IMG/VR virus record: IMGVR_UViG_3300045988_053091 | Strand: one strand, 5' to 3' | Length of the DNA stretch: 64,000 nt | Source of the DNA: a virus | Shown here: positions 16,498 through 22,732 of the stretch, one piece after another | How positions within the stretch are numbered: the stretch's first letter is position 1 | Layout of the letters: every line of letters begins with the position of its first letter | The notes under the pieces: generated by a model | Told to the model about the DNA's origin: nothing | The model's input: the letters and a program-made list of their open reading frames with translations, nothing else | Database searches by the model: none | Position numbers and translations under genes: made by a program

Positions 16498-16571
16498 GTC
16501 TTCATAGCTCAATCGGCTAGAGCACTCGACTTTTAATCGAGGGGTTCGGGGTTCAAGTCCCTGTGGAGACA
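16498..16571 (+). tRNA. tRNA-Lys (TTT)
   Basis: Acceptor GTCTTCA/TGGAGAC, anticodon arm CTCGA-CTTTTAA-TCGAG, T CGGGG-TTCAAGT-CCCTG. Confidence 0.9.
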
Positions 16572-16600
16572 TTGGCTAGTACATTGTTACTAACCTAGAG

Positions 16601-16673
16601 CGACAGTTCGTTCAATTGGATAGGATGCTAGACTACGAATCTAGTGATAGAGGTTCGATTCCTTTACTGTCGG
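16601..16673 (+). tRNA. tRNA-Arg (ACG)
   Basis: Acceptor CGACAGT/ACTGTCG, anticodon arm CTAGA-CTACGAA-TCTAG. Confidence 0.9.
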
Positions 16674-16680
16674 TTAGCAT

Positions 16681-16783
16681 ACGGGAGTGGCGTGTAGGGC
16701 ATACGCACCTGTTAGTTCAGGCAGAGGTTAATAATTCATGAATAAACCCTCGAATATCGTAGGTTCGAATCCTACCTTCCGTA
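16681..16783 (+). pseudogene. 103-nt Leu-like tRNA-like element with 6-nt anticodon loop and oversized variable arm
   Basis: Acceptor ACGGGAG/CTTCCGT, D GCGT/ACGC and T GTAGG-TTCGAAT-CCTAC are good. The anticodon region CCTG-TTAGTT-CAGG is 3 nt short, and the variable region is about 36 nt with an internal palindrome ATTCATGAAT. Confidence 0.4.
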
Positions 16784-16789
16784 TAAAAT

Positions 16790-16823
16790 GCGGGTGTCAG
16801 AGGTTCAAATCCTCTCACTGGTA
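16790..16823 (+). other. tRNA minihelix-like remnant (Leu-like acceptor strand fused to T-arm)
   Basis: GCGGGTG-TC-AGAGG-TTCAAAT-CCTCT-CACTGGT. Confidence 0.35.
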
Positions 16824-16929
16824 TTTGCCTTAATTGGAAAACTATGACCTGTCGTTAGTTTACGTCTTACACTTTGGTGAAGAAACGTTTTTCGGGAGGT
16901 AGCTTTTATATATGAATGGAGGGGCAATT

Positions 16930-17349
16930 ATGACATATAAAGTGTTACACGGAGAGGACAGTTTAGCGCCTCTGCTATGGACATTTTTTATTAGAGAAGG
17001 TCTATCCGTGTCAGAAACAGAAAGTTATAAATGTGTTGGTCAACGAGGACTAAATGCAGATTATGTTCCACATGAATTAAGCCTTGATACACCTGTTATC
17101 TTTTATGAAATGAAGAGTACTGTAGTATTTAAATGTGTTAACGGTGTGCAGGAAAAAACACCTTGTTTATTTTTTGATACATCCGAAAAAACTTGTTGTA
17201 TTACGGAAGAACTATATGATATTCTTGAAGAACTATATGGAACTGATATTTATTTCCTAGCTAAAACACTTGACCCAGAATTAGCATTGTCCTCCGTTTA
17301 TTCAGAAGGTTGGTTATCTACTTTTATAGAGTTGAGACAGCAGGTTTAG
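16930..17349 (+). CDS. hypothetical protein
   Basis: ORF track; start moved to the second ATG, behind a GGAGGGG RBS. Confidence 0.55.
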   Translation: MTYKVLHGEDSLAPLLWTFFIREGLSVSETESYKCVGQRGLNADYVPHELSLDTPVIFYEMKSTVVFKCVNGVQEKTPCLFFDTSEKTCCITEELYDILEELYGTDIYFLAKTLDPELALSSVYSEGWLSTFIELRQQV

Positions 17350-17424
17350 CACACAATAATAAGGAGTGGTTCCTGTGAAGAAAGTATTGTCTAAATTGTA
17401 AGTATCTATTAAGGAGGACTTACA

Positions 17425-17676
17425 ATGAGTAGAAGTTACAGAAAACCCTATTACCGTTATGTTTGTATGAAGGACTCAACTATTCGAGACATAAAAAGAA
17501 TGGTTAACAGAAATTACAGGCATAAATTAAATCAAGGTCGTTTTGATGACGAAGTAACATTGACACATCATAAACGAGTAGAAGAAACTTGTTGGACATA
17601 TGACATGAAAAAATTCTATGCCCACGAGGATGATTACAAGAATAATAATTTTTATCAGAAATTGAGAAGAAAGTAG
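17425..17676 (+). CDS. hypothetical basic protein
   Basis: ORF track 83 aa; AAGGAGG RBS. Confidence 0.6.
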   Translation: MSRSYRKPYYRYVCMKDSTIRDIKRMVNRNYRHKLNQGRFDDEVTLTHHKRVEETCWTYDMKKFYAHEDDYKNNNFYQKLRRK

Positions 17677-17684
17677 GTAATATC

Positions 17685-17906
17685 TTGAAAGCAGACTATG
17701 TAGTTGCAGAAGACTGGGAAGGTATTTATCTTGATGATAAACTTCAAATAGAAGGACACAGTATACAAACAGCAGAAGCAATGAAACTTACTATTGAAAA
17801 TGAAGTAACGGAGTTAACTGTTTACGAGATTGACCAAGAGTACATGAAAGAGCTAGGTTCTCTACCCGAAAGTTTCTCTCAATTAGATTCATCAAAACTT
17901 TTTTAA
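17685..17906 (+). CDS. hypothetical acidic protein
   Basis: ORF track 73 aa; TTG start. Confidence 0.5.
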   Translation: MKADYVVAEDWEGIYLDDKLQIEGHSIQTAEAMKLTIENEVTELTVYEIDQEYMKELGSLPESFSQLDSSKLF

Positions 17907-17925
17907 ATAAATTTCTATGTAAGTG

Positions 17926-17954
17926 TTGACTTTCCTTACAAGATGCTGTATAGT
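17926..17954 (+). promoter_or_regulatory. sigma-A-type promoter for tRNA-His unit
   Basis: GTGTTGACT, 17-nt spacer, TGTATAGT; the -10 lies in the loop of an 11-bp hairpin (17932-17969). Confidence 0.65.
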
Positions 17955-17977
17955 AATTCTTGTAAGGAACACATGAT

Positions 17978-18049
17978 GGTGACTGTAGCCTAATGGTAAG
18001 GCAGTGTTCTGTGGAAACATGAATCTCAGTTCGATTCTGAGCAGTCACA
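17978..18049 (+). tRNA. tRNA-His (GTG) with encoded G-1
   Basis: G-1 then acceptor GTGACTG/CAGTCAC, anticodon arm GTGTT-CTGTGGA-AACAT. Confidence 0.9.
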
Positions 18050-18226
18050 TAAGGTTACACTTTTCCTTACTAGATTAACTTGTCCGAAAATTTTGAGGAA
18101 ATACTCTTTTAGCCTCTTTTTCGTTAAAACATATCTTAACCCATTCATAAGAAAAATGTTGATATATAAAGTGGTATTTTTCCAGAAGTGAGAAATCATA
18201 AGTAATCTAGTTTAAAAAGTGATTAT

Positions 18227-18311
18227 GCGAGAGTGTTGGAATTGGTAGACATGTGGCACTTAGAATGCCATGCCTGTGATGGGCGTGAGGGTTCGAATCC
18301 CTCCTCTTGTA
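18227..18311 (+). tRNA. tRNA-Leu (TAG), class II
   Basis: Acceptor GCGAGAG/CTCTTGT, anticodon arm TGGCA-CTTAGAA-TGCCA, long variable arm, T GAGGG-TTCGAAT-CCCTC. Confidence 0.8.
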
Positions 18312-18543
18312 TTAGGTCAACGGAAATTGACCTTTACGTTTTACATGGTTAAGTAGTTTACGTAATGAAGACTGTCCTGTTAGATTTAAGTAAAATACTT
18401 AGGTTAAAGACCGGAACAACTTACCCTTATAGTCCGGTGGTGGAGACGTTACATTTTCCGTAACTCATTTTCATTTTTTAATTGTATACTTTTGATTAGA
18501 CCCTGCCGGAAGGGTAGGGTTAGTCAAAAGAAATTCTTATGTT

Positions 18544-18891
18544 GGGGCTGTTTTGGTTTCGACTGGCGTAAGGAGTATATGAATAGCGGGCAGAGTGATG
18601 ACTTAATCATCGCAGTAAATATAACTGCTAAAAACGAAGAATTATTAGCTGTAGCCTAGTTTTAGACTAGCTACACACTTACCCCTCTAGACTAGGGTCG
18701 GTTCTACCTAGAGGACTCATTAACCGACAACGCTGAGGTAAAAGTGGATAACTCAGGAGAGGCTTTACCACTCAGTTAAGGTAATTTCAGTTATTAGTTG
18801 TAACCTTAACGTAGATTAAAACTAGTAACTACGCCCGTAGAATTTTGTATGGTTCTACGTCAACACAGGGGTTCGATTCCCCTCAGTTCCA
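18544..18891 (+). ncRNA. ssrA: tmRNA (SsrA), phage-encoded
   Basis: The 5' end GGGGCTGTTTTGGTTTCGACTGGCG and the 3' end AGGGG-TTCGATT-CCCCT-CAGTTCC-A form the tRNA-like domain. Internal tag frame is GCT AAA AAC GAA GAA TTA TTA GCT GTA GCC TAG (AKNEELLAVA), 18627-18659. Confidence 0.8.
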
Positions 18892-18896
18892 TTTTG

Positions 18897-19619
18897 TTAT
18901 TTTATATATGACCAACGGTAGCCACATGAAGTGGTTCTGCCCTCATAACCATGTACTGCTCTTGTTATATTACTAGTAGAAGTTCCGATGTATTCTGAGG
19001 CTTCTCTAACAGAATCAAATTCTTTTATAACAACAGAGGTGTCCTTATCAATCATAGCTATTCGTTTCTTTTTGGTTGATGACTCTGTAGCTAACTTTCT
19101 CATAAGTTCACTATATCTTTTAGACTTTTCGGGATTGTCATAAGCTTTAGCAGATGTAGGTAGGTCATAGTCTTTACACCATTTTTTAATAGCGTTTGAG
19201 GATACACCATAGTAGCTAGCGACTTTACTAAAAGAATCAAGCATTAGCTGATTGTAAAGCTTGTCTCTAGTTACACCATATTTTAATTCACGTTTCTTAT
19301 TAATTTCTTCTTTTGAAAGACCATTGCGTGAAGTGATTATCTGGTTGTAACCATTACCAATAGAGTTATACTTTGCAATATACTTGTTCTCGATAGAATT
19401 AAGTTCCGAATGGTTCGGTACAACTTCTAGGATTTCAAATATGAAGTTTTCCATTCCGTGTTTTCTAAATGCACGGTGTAGGGGAGTTTCGTAATCAGTA
19501 GCATTAGTATTAAAAGTACTATGTCTGTGTTCGTTCCACCTACGTTCAATATCCTTTGATTGTCCTACGTAGTGTCTATTGTTAACAATATTTGTAATTA
19601 AGTAAATTCCTTGTGTCAT
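18897..19619 (-). CDS. GIY-YIG homing endonuclease
   Basis: GIYLITNIVNNRHYVGQSKDIERRWNEH.. GIY-YIG core, with C-terminal helix-turn-helix-like repeats. Start moved to ATG 19619 behind an AAGGAG RBS; TGCTATATT -10 motif at 19653-19661. Confidence 0.85.
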   Translation of the reverse strand: MTQGIYLITNIVNNRHYVGQSKDIERRWNEHRHSTFNTNATDYETPLHRAFRKHGMENFIFEILEVVPNHSELNSIENKYIAKYNSIGNGYNQIITSRNGLSKEEINKKRELKYGVTRDKLYNQLMLDSFSKVASYYGVSSNAIKKWCKDYDLPTSAKAYDNPEKSKRYSELMRKLATESSTKKKRIAMIDKDTSVVIKEFDSVREASEYIGTSTSNITRAVHGYEGRTTSCGYRWSYIK

Positions 19620-19666
19620 GTTGTAAGTCTCCTTTTTATATGTTATACTTACAATATAGCACAAGT

Positions 19667-19698
19667 GGAGTTGTAGGGTTCAATTCCCGTCAGCTCCA
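19667..19698 (+). pseudogene. decayed duplicate of the tmRNA 3' end (T-arm plus acceptor strand)
   Basis: GGAGTTGTAGGGTTCAATTCCCGTCAGCTCCA parallels 18860-18891. CAGCTCC complements the tmRNA 5' end GGGGCTG, but the T-stem keeps only 3 pairs. Confidence 0.5.
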
Positions 19699-19862
19699 TA
19701 GACTGCCTTTGTCAAGCAGTCGAATCCTATCTAATTTTTTCATTAAATAAATATCGAATTGTGGCTGATTTCTACGGATTCAGAGCGGAGCATCCCCGCA
19801 GGTTGGGCATACTACAGTCCCCCCCATGATGCTTCATGGGTTATACATAATAAGGAGGTAAC

Positions 19863-20048
19863 ATGATGTATTTAAAATTCATTGGTTTAAACGGAAGTTT
19901 AGGTTTAGTGAAGGACAAGATATACTTTGTTACCTCTGAGATACATGAACATTATATTATTTTGAGAATACATGGTGTTCACGGTAAGACAGTAATGTGT
20001 CCGTACGAAGCATTAGAAAAAGTGTTAGAAAATTGGCAGGTCTGTTAG
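19863..20048 (+). CDS. hypothetical protein
   Basis: ORF track 61 aa; strong TAAGGAGG RBS. Confidence 0.6.
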   Translation: MMYLKFIGLNGSLGLVKDKIYFVTSEIHEHYIILRIHGVHGKTVMCPYEALEKVLENWQVC

Positions 20049-20143
20049 TATGCAGATAGTAGGGTGTGCATAAAGCCTAGGGAACAACATGCACAGAAGA
20101 TTAGGTATTGTGTACTTGACACAAACCCGCCTGCTCCCAAGAC

Positions 20144-20230
20144 GGAAGGTTACTCAAACGGTAAAGAGGCTTGGTTGGAAACCAAGTAGATGTGTAACAG
20201 CATGTGTGGGTTCGAATCCCATGCCTTCCA
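20144..20230 (+). tRNA. tRNA-Ser (GGA), class II
   Basis: Acceptor GGAAGGT/GCCTTCC, anticodon arm CTTGG-TTGGAAA-CCAAG, long variable arm, T GTGGG-TTCGAAT-CCCAT. Confidence 0.9.
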
Positions 20231-20326
20231 TTTGAAATATAAACTACTAAAGCTGTTTAAAGAGTTCGGTTTAAGTAGTTCCGGTTGGCTAGTCAACTAA
20301 CAGTACTAGTCAATCAATTTCTTTTT

Positions 20327-20413
20327 CGAGGAGTATCATAACTGGAAAAAATTGACTCTTGAAAAGTCATAGACGTGTAAAAGCGTTTGGGGGTTCGAGT
20401 CCCTCCTCCTCGG
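20327..20413 (+). tRNA. tRNA-Ser (TGA), class II, D-stem essentially unpaired
   Basis: Perfect acceptor CGAGGAG/CTCCTCG and anticodon arm TGACT-CTTGAAA-AGTCA. The D region TCATAACTGGAAAAAA has no stem. Confidence 0.6.
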
Positions 20414-20439
20414 TTCATTAAAGATAATGGAGGCTAATC

Positions 20440-20808
20440 ATGAGTTTTCGTAAAGGTAAACACAAGGAGCCTTCTAAGTGGCAAAGATTTATTAAATCAA
20501 TCATGGAAGTAGAAGGTGAAAACATGGAGGACACATTGTTTGAAAAAGCTTTTGATTCTTGGAAAGCAGGAGATAAAAGTGAAGAGGTACAACGAGTTTT
20601 ATTAGATTCTGGTTTAGAGCAGTATAAAACTGGTGGTAAGTATAATGTGGATGCTGTTAGAGAAATCTGTGAGAAAGCCCATAAAGGTGAGACTGTTTAC
20701 AGGAAAGACAAGCATATCTTACAAGATTTCTATGAATGTTTAGAATGGGAAAACTTCCATACTGAAATTGAAGCAATTGAATTGTTTACAGGAGTATCCT
20801 ATATATAG
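20440..20808 (+). CDS. hypothetical protein
   Basis: ORF track 122 aa; GGAGG RBS. Confidence 0.6.
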   Translation: MSFRKGKHKEPSKWQRFIKSIMEVEGENMEDTLFEKAFDSWKAGDKSEEVQRVLLDSGLEQYKTGGKYNVDAVREICEKAHKGETVYRKDKHILQDFYECLEWENFHTEIEAIELFTGVSYI

Positions 20809-20837
20809 TCATATTTATAAATTAGGGGGTAGTTGTT

Positions 20838-21002
20838 ATGAAATACACAGTTAAAAAAGGTGACACATTGTATTCTATTGCTAGAAAATATTATGGCAAG
20901 CCTTGGTTATGGAGACTAATTTGGTTACATGGTCAGAATAGGAATATTAAAGACCCTAATAAAATTAGAATTGGTCAAACAATTTATCTTCCGTTTAAGT
21001 AA
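20838..21002 (+). CDS. small LysM-domain protein (54 aa)
   Basis: Not in the track (under 60 aa). ATG behind a GGGGGT RBS. YTVKKGDTLYSIARKYYG...IRIGQTIYLP is a LysM motif. Confidence 0.55.
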   Translation: MKYTVKKGDTLYSIARKYYGKPWLWRLIWLHGQNRNIKDPNKIRIGQTIYLPFK

Positions 21003-21006
21003 GTAT

Positions 21007-21079
21007 ATCTCCGTAGGCTAATTGGATAAACCACAGGATTTCTAATCCCGCATTCTGAGTTCGAATCTCAGCGGAGGTG
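21007..21079 (+). tRNA. tRNA-Arg (TCT)
   Basis: Acceptor ATCTCCG/CGGAGGT, loop TTTCTAA, T CTGAG-TTCGAAT-CTCAG; one mismatch in the anticodon stem and a weak D-stem. Confidence 0.7.
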
Positions 21080-21087
21080 TTTTATAC

Positions 21088-21120
21088 GGGGCATTAGCTC
21101 AGTTGGGAGAGCGCTACCCT
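21088..21120 (+). pseudogene. 5' half of an Ala-like tRNA (G3.U70) ending two nt into the anticodon loop
   Basis: GGGGCAT-TA-GCTC-AGTTGGG-AGAGC-G-CTACC-CT. Confidence 0.65.
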
Positions 21121-21934
21121 ATTTAAATTATTTTTTAGCCAATTCGAACACTAAGATGTAGTTATGCTATATTAGTGTTCGAAGAGGTGGAAAGTATGGT
21201 TAAAGTAAGTAAAGTTTACAGTGTAAGTGATGAAGATTTTAAGCTAGTTGTTGCTAATTCTAACACAATCACAGATATTCTTTGGAAGTTAGGATACAGT
21301 AAATCTTCTGGAACAGGTAACGCCAGAAATTTAATCAAAAAGCGGATAGCTGAACTAGGCATTACCTTCCAGTCACAACCAGTCAAATCTAGCAGAATGT
21401 CAGACGAGAGCTTTTATGTTAAAGGAACTTATCGTAGTAACCTACGAGTAAGAGTTCTACAAGATGGTTTCTTAGAGTATAAATGTTCGGAATGTGGTAT
21501 AACTAGTACTTGGAACGGTAAACCGTTAACTCTACAATTAGACCACGTTGACGGGGATGCTACAAATAATGAAAAGCCGAATTTACGATGGTTATGCCCT
21601 AATTGCCATACACAAACAGAGACGTATGGGTCAAAGAACAAAGGAAGCACAAGGACTAAGCATAGAGGAACTTATGGTGAACGAGAATGTAAGTATTGCC
21701 ATAAAATGTTTACTGCCAAGAACAGAGAATCCATGTTCTGTAGCGGGCAGTGTTCTGGTAAAAGCCGTAAGAAGACTCCACCTGTTTCTAAAGAAGACCT
21801 ACTAGCTTTGTTAGAAAAGGAGTCATTTTTGTCAGTGGGTCGTAAGTTTGACGTTTCAGATAACACTGTACGTAAATGGTGTATGCGTTATGATATACCT
21901 AGTAAGTCTTCTTATTATAAAAAATAATTTAAAT
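21121..21934 (+). mobile_element. 814-bp HNH-endonuclease insertion in the tRNA anticodon loop, bounded by a perfect 16-nt inverted repeat
   Basis: ATTTAAATTATTTTTT (21121-21136) and AAAAAATAATTTAAAT (21919-21934). Only about 82 nt are non-coding. Confidence 0.7.
21196..21927 (+). CDS. HNH homing endonuclease
   Basis: LDHVDGDATNNEKPNLRWLCPNCHTQ HNH motif with flanking HTH-like regions. ATG 21196 behind a GAGGTGG RBS. -10 TGCTATATT at 21165-21173 sits between 12-bp inverted repeats. Confidence 0.85.
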   Translation: MVKVSKVYSVSDEDFKLVVANSNTITDILWKLGYSKSSGTGNARNLIKKRIAELGITFQSQPVKSSRMSDESFYVKGTYRSNLRVRVLQDGFLEYKCSECGITSTWNGKPLTLQLDHVDGDATNNEKPNLRWLCPNCHTQTETYGSKNKGSTRTKHRGTYGERECKYCHKMFTAKNRESMFCSGQCSGKSRKKTPPVSKEDLLALLEKESFLSVGRKFDVSDNTVRKWCMRYDIPSKSSYYKK

Positions 21935-21971
21935 AAGGTAGATGTCAGCGGTTCAAGTCCGCTATGCTCCA
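21935..21971 (+). pseudogene. 3' half of the Ala-like tRNA
   Basis: AA-GGTAG-ATGTC-AGCGG-TTCAAGT-CCGCT-ATGCTCC-A; GGTAG pairs with CTACC of the 5' half. Confidence 0.65.
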
Positions 21972-22028
21972 TAGCTGTACTCTGCGCAAGGTGCAGTGAA
22001 TTTAGTTACCTAGCTAGAAATTAAATAG

Positions 22029-22095
22029 GTATGCGTAGCTTAAGTGGATAAAGTGACCTATGAAGTAGATAGGGGTTCAAATCCCCTCGCATATC
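22029..22095 (+). pseudogene. short (67-nt) tRNA-like element lacking a normal anticodon arm
   Basis: Acceptor GTATGCG/CGCATAT, D GCTT/AAGT and T AGGGG-TTCAAAT-CCCCT, but only 16 nt lie between the D- and T-arms. Confidence 0.35.
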
Positions 22096-22260
22096 ATTAG
22101 GATTGGTCATCCTTGTTCAGGGTTGCAAACCTGTAACAGAATACGAGGTGAATTAACACCATATTGGGCGTTACCCTAGATTCCTGTCAAATCTATTGGT
22201 ACGGTAACTAGACTAGGTGTGTGTAATCGGAAGATGACAGGTACACAAGCCTATCCAATA

Positions 22261-22337
22261 GGACAGTGTTACACGGGTTCGATTCCCGTCCTGCGGGTTG
22301 TCCCTGCGGGTGGCTGAATGGTTAAAGCACACTGTCC
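22261..22337 (+). ncRNA. circularly permuted tRNA-like RNA domain (YrlA-type tRNA mimic candidate)
   Basis: 8-bp closing stem GGACAGTG/CACTGTCC, 4-nt variable, T-arm ACGGG-TTCGATT-CCCGT, 8-bp acceptor-like stem CCTGCGGG/CCTGCGGG (G.U-containing) capped by TTGTC, then TG and D-arm GCT-GAATGGTTAA-AGC. Confidence 0.5.
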
Positions 22338-22372
22338 CGAATGGATAAATTAAAAAAACTTACAAATAGTTG

Positions 22373-22400
22373 TTGACAGCATGTAAGTTTGTGTTATAAT
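22373..22400 (+). promoter_or_regulatory. sigma-A-type promoter for tRNA-Pro unit
   Basis: TTGACA, 16-nt spacer, TGTTATAAT. Confidence 0.7.
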
Positions 22401-22415
22401 GTATGTATAAGTTAA

Positions 22416-22488
22416 CGGGAAATAGCGCAGTTGGTAGCGCACACGCTTTGGGAGCGTGGGGTCGTAGGTTCAAGTCCTGCTTTCCCGA
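22416..22488 (+). tRNA. tRNA-Pro (TGG)
   Basis: Acceptor CGGGAAA/TTTCCCG, anticodon arm CACGC-TTTGGGA-GCGTG, T GTAGG-TTCAAGT-CCTGC. Confidence 0.9.
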
Positions 22489-22661
22489 TTAGAAGTTTAG
22501 TTGGTGGGCAACAGTAAAACCCAATATTCAAACTTCTATAACAAATATCCTTGGTTAAAATGAGTCCTAGCTCAACTCTAGGCAAGGTATTATGGAGTTA
22601 ATAGGAGAATGACAAGACAGGAATGATACTTCGCTGTCGGGTACCCGCCTATTAACATTAT

Positions 22662-22732
22662 GTGGATTTAGTATAAGGGTAACATCTTTGGCTCTCAACC
22701 AAAGGGTGCGGGTTCGAATCCTGCAATCCATA
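22662..22732 (+). tRNA. tRNA with anticodon CTC (Glu by anticodon)
   Basis: Acceptor GTGGATT/AATCCAT (G1.U72), anticodon arm TTTGG-CTCTCAA-CCAAA, T GCGGG-TTCGAAT-CCTGC; D-stem weak. Confidence 0.7.

Noticed and set aside
14630-16572. Track ORFs 14630..14851(-), 14719..14982(+), 14762..15022(+), 14871..15110(+), 15946..16176(-), 16288..16572(-); likewise 17791..18048(-) and 22567..22770(-)
   Set aside because: They run through well-folded tRNA genes, lack an RBS, and have odd composition. They are chance frames in RNA-coding DNA.
16681-16783. Suppressor tRNA and stop-codon reassignment, suggested by the TTAGTT anticodon-region sequence
   Set aside because: The loop is 6 nt and gives no proper TTA/CTA/TCA anticodon in the standard register. 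ORFs across the window terminate cleanly at TAA, TAG and TGA with normal lengths, so there is no sign of recoding.
18852-19700. Duplicated tmRNA 3' end as attL/attR of an integrated island or prophage boundary
   Set aside because: Only a 0.77-kb endonuclease cassette lies between the copies, there is no integrase, and both flanks are clearly the same phage RNA island.
21121-21934. Classical self-splicing group I intron in the tRNA anticodon loop
   Set aside because: Only about 82 nt of the insert are outside the HNH ORF, which leaves no room for a P3-P9 ribozyme core. The flanks are a simple 16-nt A/T inverted repeat, and no sensible anticodon is regenerated. It is kept as an unresolved insertion in the findings.
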